Notes: generated by a model from the letters alone, not told the origin. 64,000 nucleotides of DNA from an uncultured Verrucomicrobiae bacterium (GCA_963837955.1 CAWIPH010000002.1:928001-992000); one strand, 5' to 3'. Shown: positions 9,601 through 17,793, numbered from the stretch's first letter. Numbers and translations: made by a program.

Positions 9601-12150
9601 CAGATGTCCAACCAGTTTCAGTCGTTGCGATTCACCTCCCGACAGAACATTCACCGGCTGTCCAAGTCGAAGGTAACCAAGCCCGACCTCGCTGAGCAGA
9701 GCAAGCGGTGGCAGCATTTTAGCCGGAGCATCTGCAGCGGTGGACAGGAAGGTAATCGCCTCGGTTACCGTCATCTCCAGAAAATCGTGGATCGACTTGC
9801 CACCCACCTTTATCTCAAGCACATGAGGTTGGTAACGTTTGCCTTCGCAGTCAGCGCAGCGGATGAATTGGTCGCTGAGAAACTGCATCTCGACCTTTTC
9901 GTACCCCAAACCACCACATCGTTCGCAACGTCCAGAGCCCGAGTTAAAGGAAAAGGCGCCGGTGGTTAGTCCGGCCGCTTTGGCGCTTGGTTGAGAGGCG
10001 AAAAGCTCACGGATTTGATCAAACACGCCAACATACACCGCCGGGGTCGAACGTGGTGTCCGCGCAAGCGGCGATTGATCGACCAAGACGACATCATCGA
10101 CGAGGTGTCCACCGATCAGGCGCGCGCAAATTCCCGGTGCTTCCTGGCCCGATCTGCCTTTCAACGTGAGCAAGTTTCGGTAGAGGACCTGTTGGACGAG
10201 CGTGCTCTTGCCGGAGCCGGAAACACCGGTCACACAACAAAAAACGCTCAGCGGGAACCGAACCGATAAATCTTTTAGATTATGCTCTGCTGCACCGACT
10301 ACTTCGATGAACCGCTTCGGTGTGCGACGCTTCTTCGGCGTTGCGATCTTTTTTCTCCCGGTGAGATAGGCGGCGGTCAACGAATCGGGCGAAGCGCTCT
10401 CGATGCGCTCGAGCGGTCCTTGAAAGACCAATTGCCCTCCGCGTTCACCCCGACCTGGTCCGATCTCGATTAAAGAGTCTGCGGCTCGAATCACGGCCTC
10501 CTCGTGTTCGACTACGAGCAGAGTATTTCCTTTGTCTCGCAGCCCGTGCAGCACTGCGACCAACCGGTCGATATCGCGCGAATGAAGACCAACGCTTGGC
10601 TCGTCCAGTACGAACAACGTGCTTACTAGCGATGCCCCCAGGCAGGTAGTCAGGTTCACGCGCTGCAGCTCGCCACCGGACAGGGAGCGAGATGGCCGAT
10701 CGAGCGTGAGGTATCCAAGCCCCACATCTACCAGATAACGCAGACGCGAGACGATCTGGGTCCGGAGCAGCTCGGTGGTGCTGTCGCCCGGGCCTATCTT
10801 TACGGCGATCAGCTTGTTGATCAGTTCGTCCAGCGGCAGCTGCTGAAGCCCCGGCAACGTGAATTGCTCGCTCCCGGTCAAAAGACGAAAGTTAAGCGTT
10901 TCCGGTTTGAATCGAGTACCGTTGCAGGCCGGGCACAACGTATATGTCCGGTAGCGGCTGAGGAACACTCGGACATGCATTTTGTAGGTCCGGGATTCCA
11001 TCCAATTGAAAAATCCACGGAGACCGTACCAGCCGCCATTCTCCCATATTTCTTCAGCCGATTTATTTGGACTGATCTCTCCTTCGATGACCCAGCGTTG
11101 ATCGGCTTCCACGAGATCTTGAAAAGGGGTGTGAATATCGATCTCGCGCTGGAGGGCGTTTCGAATGAGATCCCGCTGGCAGTCCTGCATCTGAGCAGTC
11201 TGGAACGGCTTAATCACTCCGCCTGCCAAGCTCAACCGGCGATCCGGGATAGCCCGGTTGAGATCGATCCCGATCGTCCGACCAAAGCCGCGACAATCTG
11301 GGCAGGCACCGACTGGATTATTGAAAGAGAACAGACCGGGAGACGGCGGCCGGATGTCGCTGTCACAATAGGGACAATGCCAACCGGTCGAATATTTATG
11401 CTCTACGCCGGAATCCACCTCAACGATCGTCAGCTGCCCTTTGCCGTACCGGAGAGCTTGTTCCACGGCTTCGGTGAGACGGGCTAAGGCGTTAGAGGTA
11501 TTCAGGCTCAATCGATCCTGGATCACCGAGACCAGCGCCGGCAGTCGGTCGATGGTTGTGGGCGCGTCGGTTCGGATGGTCTCTCGGTTCAGCCAAATAC
11601 GGAGAAAGCCTTGGGTATGAAGGAATTGAAGGAAGTCCGCGGGCGGGGTGCCCGCGGGAACCGGTACTCCAAAACAGACCAACGCGCGCTTTCCCTGAAG
11701 CGTTTCGGTCGTCTTCTCCGCGATCCCTTGGGCGGATTCACAAATGATTTCCCGATGACATTCCGGACAGAACGCGCGTGCGACCCGCGGCATGAACAAT
11801 TTCAAATAGTCATTTATCTCGGTCATTGTTCCGACCGTTGAGCGGGTGGTGCGGACACGATTCGCTTGCTCAATCGCGATCGCTGGCGGGATCCCGCGGA
11901 TCTCGTCGACCTGCGGCTTATCCATCCGCTCGAGAAATTGGCGGGTGTAAGGACTGAACGTTTCCACGTAACGGCGTTGTCCTTCCGCATAAATCGTGTC
12001 GAACGCCAGGCTCGACTTCCCGCTGCCGCTCGGTCCAGTAACGACGTGCAGCTTATTGAGCTCGAGGTCCAAGTCGATGCCCTTCAGATTATTCTGGCGC
12101 GCGCCGCGAATCACGATCGCGCGCGGATCTGAAGGGACGATTTTCGACAT
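6625..12150 (-). CDS. uvrA: Excinuclease ABC subunit A, double-length (two tandem UvrA units)
   Basis: Four Walker A motifs (GPSGSGKS, GVSGSGKS, GLSGSGKS, GVSGSGKS), two AEGQRR motifs, FSFN plus CxxC zinc fingers, LSGGE signatures. Confidence 0.97.
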   Translation of the reverse strand: MSKIVPSDPRAIVIRGARQNNLKGIDLDLELNKLHVVTGPSGSGKSSLAFDTIYAEGQRRYVETFSPYTRQFLERMDKPQVDEIRGIPPAIAIEQANRVRTTRSTVGTMTEINDYLKLFMPRVARAFCPECHREIICESAQGIAEKTTETLQGKRALVCFGVPVPAGTPPADFLQFLHTQGFLRIWLNRETIRTDAPTTIDRLPALVSVIQDRLSLNTSNALARLTEAVEQALRYGKGQLTIVEVDSGVEHKYSTGWHCPYCDSDIRPPSPGLFSFNNPVGACPDCRGFGRTIGIDLNRAIPDRRLSLAGGVIKPFQTAQMQDCQRDLIRNALQREIDIHTPFQDLVEADQRWVIEGEISPNKSAEEIWENGGWYGLRGFFNWMESRTYKMHVRVFLSRYRTYTLCPACNGTRFKPETLNFRLLTGSEQFTLPGLQQLPLDELINKLIAVKIGPGDSTTELLRTQIVSRLRYLVDVGLGYLTLDRPSRSLSGGELQRVNLTTCLGASLVSTLFVLDEPSVGLHSRDIDRLVAVLHGLRDKGNTLLVVEHEEAVIRAADSLIEIGPGRGERGGQLVFQGPLERIESASPDSLTAAYLTGRKKIATPKKRRTPKRFIEVVGAAEHNLKDLSVRFPLSVFCCVTGVSGSGKSTLVQQVLYRNLLTLKGRSGQEAPGICARLIGGHLVDDVVLVDQSPLARTPRSTPAVYVGVFDQIRELFASQPSAKAAGLTTGAFSFNSGSGRCERCGGLGYEKVEMQFLSDQFIRCADCEGKRYQPHVLEIKVGGKSIHDFLEMTVTEAITFLSTAADAPAKMLPPLALLSEVGLGYLRLGQPVNVLSGGESQRLKLVGHLTENNRGERQALLIFDEPTSGLHFDDIPPLLAVFNQLVERGNSVLVIEHNLEVIQAADYVIDLGPEAGVNGGELVAEGTPEQVAQVKGSHTGAFLGERLAERPQGAAPSRIAEKRAIIPQQGISVVGARHHNLKNLSIELPHEQIIVITGLSGSGKSSLAFDILFAEGQRRFLDSMSTYARQFVEQMERPDVDHVEGLPPSVAIEQRLTSGGGKSTVATVTEVYHFLRLLFAKLGTQYCPKCDVAVTKQSQSAISKQVKERLEQGPVSLLAPIVKARKGFHKEVAAWAGREGYAHLIVDQQRYAVADFPKLERFREHSIEVVIGDLRKTDAPQIAQLVQTALRVGNGSAFLATKKGARTVLSSEMTCPSCGTAFEELDPRLFSFNSPHGWCDHCHGFGYILPFSDEDSRAESVLEAELSAERRSDWVEEAEKQPCLKCNGSRLNEVARAVRVRGQTLVELSGYSVKQALEKLARFKFSGSQKAIADTILSEIKQRLFFMRRVGLEYLALNRAANTLSGGESQRIRLAAQLGSNLRGVLYVLDEPTIGLHPRDNLRLLETLDALKRKGNTLVVVEHDEDTMRRADLIVDLGPGAGRHGGNVIACGPIEELQRHGDSVTGRFLRTPMPHPSRTRRPIVHVPWIEIKGARANNLKDIDVSFPIGRLTAITGVSGSGKSTLMRSVLLPAVQQSWARKKTNGSGDWKKITGTEFLSAVYEVDQSPIGKTSRSIPATYVKIFDDIRKQFAQLPESRIRGYDASRFSFNTEGGRCEVCAGQGLVKLEMNFLPTSYVLCDSCRGKRFNGQTLAIQFNGRSIGDILEMTIEEAAEFFRVQPRIYHPLRLLVETGLGYLQLGQPSPTLSGGEAQRLKLVSELKAGLARDLHERIRKNRKPKSTLYLLEEPTIGLHMADVQLLLEVLHRLVDEGNTVVVIEHNLDVIAEADYIVDIGPEAGSEGGAIVATGTPEQVSLNRVSRTAPFLARVLGVKNRRSRSAA

Positions 12151-12330
12151 AAGACGCGGAATCTAGTACGGCCGACGAACGGTTGCTAGTGCAGCCTCAA
12201 ATTCGGCAGGGGATTGGCTCCCGCCGGTCCGTTCTGATCAACCTAGACCTTCCTACTGACAACGCTATGTCAGCAGCGTAGACGAATCTTAGGCATCTGG
12301 ATAACCTGTGGCGATCCGGATCCCCCTGAA

Positions 12331-12700
12331 GGGTAGGGCGAAACCCGACTTCGCCCATTTGCGCGCCGTAGGCCTGGCGAAGGCGGACGCGCCGCTGAGC
12401 GCAAAGCGAGGTAAGGCGTGTGAGCCGAACCGTGGACGGCGCAAGACTCGCAGTCCCGCGGCCGCGCATACGGGTCAACCGCGCATACGGGTCAACTTAA
12501 GAATGGTTTGCCTGCTCCATCGCCGGGAGGGCGCGCGTCCCCGCGCTCCGAGAAAACGATCTCTAACCTGGGGGAGGCAATTTAACCCTTGGTATACAAA
12601 CGCGCTTGGGTCCGGCCACAAGGGATCGCGGGGACGCGATCCCTCCCCGTGTTGGGTCTCGCGGCCGCGTCGCGGGCCGCGGGACTGTATCGCCCTACCC
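12331..12700. repeat. Composite nested palindromic element: GTAG ends, inner GGAG inverted pair and a 17-bp tandem duplication
   Basis: Ends GGGTAGGGCGA / TCGCCCTACCC; CAGTCCCGCGGCC / GGCCGCGGGACTG; arms at 12525-12549 and 12623-12647; ccgcgcatacgggtcaa twice at 12462-12495. Confidence 0.8.
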
Positions 12701-12750
12701 GCGCAGGGGTCGTGTTTCGTTTGGTGGAGTGATGCTATTCGATCGCAGAG

Positions 12751-12786
12751 TTGACATCATTCTGACATCGCTGGAATATTTACATC
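12751..12786 (+). promoter_or_regulatory. Putative vapBC promoter/operator
   Basis: TTGACA -35 box overlapping direct repeats TGACATC (12752), TGACATC (12763) and TTACATC (12780), immediately before the antitoxin ATG. Confidence 0.5.
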
Positions 12787-13056
12787 ATGGTGCGTACCCA
12801 AATCCAATTGCCCGACGAATTGTATGCCAAAGCTAAACGGGTAGCCGAGCAGCGCGAAATCTCGCTGGCTGAACTGATTCGACGCGGACTGGAAACCCTA
12901 TTTACCCTCTATCCTGTCGCCGATGAGATTTCGCCCGACTGGAAACCACCGAAGCCCCGGCGGCTGGGATGTCGCCCTTTAACTGCTGAACAATTGCGCG
13001 ACGCCGCCCGCGACGTAGCGGAACTCCCGGATTGGGTTCGTGCCGATCGAAGATGA
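12787..13056 (+). CDS. VapB-like antitoxin (ribbon-helix-helix/CopG type)
   Basis: MVRTQIQLPDELY...SLAELIRRGLE RHH pattern; its stop overlaps the PIN toxin start (ATGA). Confidence 0.85.
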   Translation: MVRTQIQLPDELYAKAKRVAEQREISLAELIRRGLETLFTLYPVADEISPDWKPPKPRRLGCRPLTAEQLRDAARDVAELPDWVRADRR

Positions 13057-13496
13057 TTTCCCTGGACACAAATCTGTTATTCTTTGCGTTTGCGGAGGAT
13101 CGCCCGGAGCATCGATCGGCTGACGCCTTTGTGGGATCGTTACACTCGCAAAAAGAGGTATTGATTAGCGAAATGGTCCTCGTGGAGTTCTATCGTCTCG
13201 TTCGGAACCCGGCAGTAGTCTCGAATCCGCTGTCGGCGGCCGAGGCCGTCAAAGTTGTCCAGATCTGGCGACGGCACCCGCGCTGGCAGATCGTAGGATT
13301 TCCACCGGAAAGTCGCAGACTTCATGACGAACTCTGGAAGCACGCTGCCCATGGCACTTTCGCCTATCGCCGCATCTACGACGCACGACTTGCAATAACC
13401 CTACTCCACCTTGGAGTCACCGATTTTGCGACGGCAAACGTCAAGGACTTCCAGGGTTTCGGGTTCAAGCGCGTGTGGAATCCACTCGATGATTGA
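13053..13496 (+). CDS. VapC PIN-domain toxin
   Basis: MISLDTNLL, LVEF, IYDARLA and TANVKDF acidic PIN motifs; ATG at 13053 is coupled to the antitoxin. Confidence 0.92.
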   Translation: MISLDTNLLFFAFAEDRPEHRSADAFVGSLHSQKEVLISEMVLVEFYRLVRNPAVVSNPLSAAEAVKVVQIWRRHPRWQIVGFPPESRRLHDELWKHAAHGTFAYRRIYDARLAITLLHLGVTDFATANVKDFQGFGFKRVWNPLDD

Positions 13497-13558
13497 TTGC
13501 GACCTGCGGTTGAATCCGGGGGTTGGACTGGTATCTTTCTTTTGGAAGCCTTAATCCG

Positions 13559-13882
13559 ATGCCGAAAAGCTCGTCACGTCATCAGACCGACTATTGGATG
13601 GATCACTGTGCCTGGTGCCGGTCTGAGATCGGAGAGGAAGACGAACGCATCGCGGTCAAAATGCGGTTTCGAGACCAAAAGGACTATGGGAAGAATGAGG
13701 GGAAAGTAATCCAGTTCGAATTGTCTGAGGCGCCGCATTCCGTGGCTGCGCTAGTCGTTACGCGCGACTCCCCCGCAAAAAAGGAGGGAAAGGATGTCCT
13801 CTTTCAGGTGTGCAGTGATTCGTGCAGAACCGAATTAACGGAAGCAATAAAGCGTGAATGGGCACATATCGATGCGGATTAA
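13559..13882 (+). CDS. Hypothetical protein with a treble-clef/TRASH-like Zn-binding motif
   Basis: CAWC near the N-terminus and VCSDSC near the C-terminus. Confidence 0.6.
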   Translation: MPKSSSRHQTDYWMDHCAWCRSEIGEEDERIAVKMRFRDQKDYGKNEGKVIQFELSEAPHSVAALVVTRDSPAKKEGKDVLFQVCSDSCRTELTEAIKREWAHIDAD

Positions 13883-14021
13883 TAGCCATCTGGATGGGCA
13901 CATCTCCGGTTGGCCAGTCTCTGGGCTGAATCGCCCTTATTGAATTAATGAATTAATCGACTGAGAGATGAAGCGCGTTTTTGCGAGTCGGCCGGTCCTG
14001 GTACCATTGATGACGCCTGCG

Positions 14022-14253
14022 CTAAGGACGGTAGCTTATCGGTTTCAGCTTTCCGGAGAGATAGAGTGGGTGGCTAGGCGAACCGTTCTTATTAGCGGAA
14101 AGACATTTCAGGTTCCTTCGACCGAGCTGAGCTAACAGGTGGATGACTTCCTGATCCCGGTTTTGATGGCGGCCGTCGGTTCCCCAAGCAACGAAGATCG
14201 TTGGGATCCGGGCAGCAATCTGGCGCATGTAATAGTCGTTGTCTCTTCCAGAG
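14022..14253 (-). pseudogene. 3' half of a DUF1643 paralog
   Basis: [37 protein letters not shown]...SPSHPLYLSGKL aligns with the C-terminus of 16010..16498; the N-terminal half is missing. Confidence 0.85.
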
Positions 14254-14430
14254 GCGATCGCGGGCGGGGATCCCGCGGATTTCGTCGACCTGCGGCTTAT
14301 CCATCCGCTCGAGAAATTGCCGGGTGTAAGGACTGAACGTCTCCACGTAACGGCGTTGTCCTTCCGCATAAATCGTGTCGAACGCCAGGCTCGACTTCCG
14401 CTGCCGCTTGGTCCAGTAACGACGTGCAGC
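14254..14430 (-). pseudogene. uvrA: 177-bp fragment of uvrA, a direct repeat of 11876-12052, with two compensating 1-nt indels
   Basis: Manual alignment shows 5 substitutions, 1 insertion and 1 deletion; it encodes the [30 protein letters not shown] region. Confidence 0.93.
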
Positions 14431-14595
14431 AGCGTAGACAGCGCCGGAGGATTTTTGCGCAAGTGAATCCGCTTCGTCCAACGGAGAGGGCGCACAGCAT
14501 GTCCGACAGTTTTCCCGACTTGATAGAGCTGCATCGGTCGTCCGGAGACTTCCTCGTGCCCCGGTTGATCGAGCCGACAAAGGATTGATCGCAAC

Positions 14596-15474
14596 TTAGA
14601 TCTCAGTTGTCGGGAGACGGAACAGAGTTTCGTCCTGCTTAGTCGCAAATTCGTCAGCGAGGTATTGCTCTGCTTCGGTGAGATCGAATTGGTGGATCAG
14701 GAAAAATTGGCGTTGCCGGCCTTGCTTGAGTTCTCCAATCAGAAGTGGGTCTAAAGCACGCGGTGTTGGATCTCGGAGAAGTGTGCTTTTCCATCGGTGC
14801 TGCTGGTCTACTATGAGGTAGAGGTTGTCGAAGTGGTCTTTAGCCGCGCGCGCCATTTCCCGGGCTTTTTTCGGAAGGATGCCGTCAAATTCGGCGGTGA
14901 TGACCAGTTTCTTCCATGGGCAAAGCCGGTTGAGCAGCAACTCGCTTACTATGTATGCGAGAAACGTGCCAAGGGCCCATCCTCCCGCCGGGAAGAAGAG
15001 TACGGAGGGACCAGCCAATGCAGTGGGGTGGGAGAAGAGATAAGCTAATACGGGGAAGATTCCCAGGATTGCGGAGGTTCGAATTACCTTGCGTTCGGCT
15101 TTCATTCTAGGCTCGTTGATTTTCCTTACGAAATCTTGGGTTTTCTGAAATGGAATGTACGCGGGAAGGCTGTGAGGCCGGGCGGTCGTGGAAACGGAAT
15201 CGGTTGTGATTTCGCAAGCGACTTGGTGGCTACCTTCGAGGTCGAATACGGCGAAGACCGGTAGTTCTGCGCCGGTAGCTTCGTCTCGATAGGTCTGGAG
15301 AAGACCATGTGGATTGAACTTCTGAAGGTGAAGTGGCGTTTTTGGCGCTTTCGCAAGGAGTGCTTTTCCCTGTTCGCATTCTTTTTCCAAGGCGAAGAGG
15401 TAAGGGGTCCTTTTGCCATCCACGGTGGCAGGCCGGCAATAATTCTGCCGGAGCAGGTTTAGGTTCTGGCTCAT
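14596..15474 (-). CDS. Hypothetical membrane protein (two central TM helices)
   Basis: 292-aa ORF with hydrophobic segments AILGIFPVLAYLF and VLFFPAGGWALGTFLAYIV. Confidence 0.65.
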   Translation of the reverse strand: MSQNLNLLRQNYCRPATVDGKRTPYLFALEKECEQGKALLAKAPKTPLHLQKFNPHGLLQTYRDEATGAELPVFAVFDLEGSHQVACEITTDSVSTTARPHSLPAYIPFQKTQDFVRKINEPRMKAERKVIRTSAILGIFPVLAYLFSHPTALAGPSVLFFPAGGWALGTFLAYIVSELLLNRLCPWKKLVITAEFDGILPKKAREMARAAKDHFDNLYLIVDQQHRWKSTLLRDPTPRALDPLLIGELKQGRQRQFFLIHQFDLTEAEQYLADEFATKQDETLFRLPTTEI

Positions 15475-15648
15475 AGGGTTTCCTGGGGTACGATTTTTTT
15501 CCCTTCAGTTCCTTGCTCTGCGAAGGGTTCTAGAAAGGGAGATTATACAGCTCTTTAATTTCGTTGAGGTCCTGGTAGCGCGCAACAGACTCTCCCCATT
15601 CAGAGCTTTTTTTTGAGACGTGCAGCGTAGCCTGACCCAGCCGGTGTC

Positions 15649-15990
15649 CTATGCCTCGTGCAATGATTCAAGGGGAAAGCATTGCCGCTCCAGGTAATCC
15701 CAGCTCCACGCGCGGCGGCTTTTCAGGAAATCGCGGAACTGGCCGATCGGTGCGGGACAAAGTTTTTCGCGACGGGCGCGAGCCATTTTCGGCTCCGGCG
15801 GCTGTCCCTCGGCTGCGCCGAGCCAATCGCGCCAGAAAACCTGGATGCTGCTCTGGTCAGTTTCGCGGACAAAGCGATCGATATCGATGGCAGTAGCGTT
15901 GATTTCCGCGACTAACGAGTGGCGGCCCCTTTTGAAAGCCTTATGGATTTCGGGGAAAAGCCGCTTGAGATCTTCATTTCCGGCTCCCAC
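15649..15990 (-). CDS. Hypothetical protein (possibly a gene fragment)
   Basis: 113-aa ORF starting 20 nt after the DUF1643 stop on the same strand; no recognisable motif. Confidence 0.35.
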   Translation of the reverse strand: MGAGNEDLKRLFPEIHKAFKRGRHSLVAEINATAIDIDRFVRETDQSSIQVFWRDWLGAAEGQPPEPKMARARREKLCPAPIGQFRDFLKSRRAWSWDYLERQCFPLESLHEA

Positions 15991-16009
15991 CAGTAGATCC
16001 GACGAGCGA

Positions 16010-16498
16010 TCAATCTGGACGAAAGCTCACCGGCTGCAACTTACCCGAGAGCCGGAGCGGATGGCTAGGTGAGCCATCTTTGTTGGAGGCAAAACATCGG
16101 AGGTCACGTCGGCCTAATTGAGCCAGCAGTTGAATGATTTCCTGATCCCGGTTTTGGTGCCGGCCATCAGTTCCCCAGGCAACAAAAATCGTTGGAATCG
16201 AGGCGGCAATCCGCCGGATCTGATCATCATTGTCGGGCCCGACTGGGTCGGCATGGCGTTTCAACGCCTTCCGGTCTGTCGACACCAAACCAAACAGATT
16301 CGTCATGTAAAGGGCGTTGAAGCCGGCTGCCCAGCTAAAGGATCGAATTCGAGTGAGAGTATTATCGAGCCCGCACTCATCTGCGATCGAAGGATTGAGC
16401 GCGATCCACATACATGGCCGTTCGGGCAACTCCGGTTCCCAGCGGTGGATCAACAGATAGCGATACTTTCGGTCCGCAGAAAAGACGCACTGGTTCAT
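16010..16498 (-). CDS. DUF1643 family protein
   Basis: FS.DRKYRY.L...W, WIALNPSIADE...D.TL, NLFG, GPDND, AWG, SHPL. Confidence 0.88.
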   Translation of the reverse strand: MNQCVFSADRKYRYLLIHRWEPELPERPCMWIALNPSIADECGLDNTLTRIRSFSWAAGFNALYMTNLFGLVSTDRKALKRHADPVGPDNDDQIRRIAASIPTIFVAWGTDGRHQNRDQEIIQLLAQLGRRDLRCFASNKDGSPSHPLRLSGKLQPVSFRPD

Positions 16499-16640
16499 GG
16501 TGGCTCAGAACACTTGTAAGAAAAACTCGGAGATATTTGCAAAAGCTCGGTGGGCAATTTTTCACCTACTGGAAGTCCCAAGATTTGGATCAGGTAAGTC
16601 GATAGATCCCAATCGAGCCGGTCCTGGTCAGTGTATCAGA

Positions 16641-16778
16641 AATCCGTGTAATCTGTGAAATCTGCGGACCGTGCCCTATTAACGCAATCTGCGGTTCAAA
16701 TGTCGGGTTCTAGGCCAGATTATTCTTCCTACGATGACTGTTTCGCAAGAAACGGACAATCCGCAGATTTCGCGGATT
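16641..16778. repeat. 9-mer repeats (AATCYGYGN) with an inverted partner tract
   Basis: aatccgtgt aatctgtga aatctgcgg (16641-16667) and ccgcagatt tcgcggatt (16761-16778). Confidence 0.6.
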
Positions 16779-16944
16779 AATTTTGGCATATTGTACCGCA
16801 GGTTCTCAGTCGCCTTTCTTTTTTGGCTATCGCAAGGAGGAACAATGATCAGGTGATTAGAGTATTTACGGAGCGCCTCTTTCTCTCGACGAATTCTCTC
16901 AGCCGAATATGCTTTCAACGGGCTCAGCAAGAACTTCGCGGAAC

Positions 16945-17793
16945 ATGATTGTCTCGGAACAGCCTGTCAGTGAAGCGGCCATCGCCGATCATTACGATGA
17001 GCTGGATCCATTCTATCGCGATATATGGGGCCAACATGTTCATCACGGCCTGTGGCTGAAAGGCAACGAGACCTCTGAAGAGGCGGTCCGGAACCTCGTA
17101 GAACTGGTCGCTCAAAAAGCGGCTCTCCAGAGGGGGGAGCAGGTAATTGATATCGGCTGTGGTTATGGTGCGTCGGCGCGTCTGCTAGCGGAAAACTACA
17201 GCGCCGAAGTCACGGCCATCACGATGTCAGCCGTTCAACATGCTTTCGCTCAAGGTACTGCACCCGGGCCCGGGCTAAAATACATTTTGGGAAATTGGTA
17301 TTCTCTTGAGTTTGTACCAGACAGTTTCGATCTGGCGATCGCAATCGAGAGTGGTGAACACATGCCAGACAAAGTGGAATTTGCTCGGCGAGTCTACCGG
17401 GTCCTCCGGCCAGGCGGTCGCTTTGTCCTATGCGCGTGGCTCGCGGCGGATCGAATGCCTAAATGGCAAGAGCGCTCCCTGATGAAGCCGATCTGTTCCG
17501 AAGGCCGAATTCCTAACCTTGCGACCGCCCAAGAATACGTCGATGCAGCCACTCAGGTGGGATTTCGAGCCGCCGATTCGCAGGACTTGACCGACCGAGT
17601 AAAGCGGACCTGGTCGATCACTATTCGGCGCTTTGTTGGGCGGGCATTTCGAGATAAACGCTATCGCGCTTTCCTCCTCGACGGTAGCCTGAAGAATCGG
17701 ATTTTCGCGGTTGCTGTGGTGCGCATTTGGTTGGCTTATCAGATTGGGGCGATGCGATACCGAATCTTCCGATTCGACAAGCCGGAGAAATAG
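16945..17793 (+). CDS. SAM-dependent methyltransferase (tocopherol/sterol MT-like)
   Basis: HYD...FY..IWGQHVHHGLW, VIDIGCGYG, AIESGEHMPDK, LRPGGRF. Confidence 0.9.
   Translation: MIVSEQPVSEAAIADHYDELDPFYRDIWGQHVHHGLWLKGNETSEEAVRNLVELVAQKAALQRGEQVIDIGCGYGASARLLAENYSAEVTAITMSAVQHAFAQGTAPGPGLKYILGNWYSLEFVPDSFDLAIAIESGEHMPDKVEFARRVYRVLRPGGRFVLCAWLAADRMPKWQERSLMKPICSEGRIPNLATAQEYVDAATQVGFRAADSQDLTDRVKRTWSITIRRFVGRAFRDKRYRAFLLDGSLKNRIFAVAVVRIWLAYQIGAMRYRIFRFDKPEK

Noticed and set aside
12197..12836. ORFs of 76-148 aa between uvrA and vapB
   Set aside because: Arg/Pro-rich translations of nested palindromic repeats.
14254..14430. DGR template/variable repeat pair with uvrA
   Set aside because: Differences are synonymous and not adenine-specific, and there is no reverse transcriptase gene in the window.
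12750..16700. Integron cassette array
   Set aside because: Genes are on both strands, no convincing attC (RYYYAAC...GTTRRRY) structures were found and there is no integrase.
16679..16930. 83-aa minus-strand ORF upstream of the methyltransferase
   Set aside because: It overlaps the 9-mer repeat tract and the likely promoter region and has no recognisable motif.
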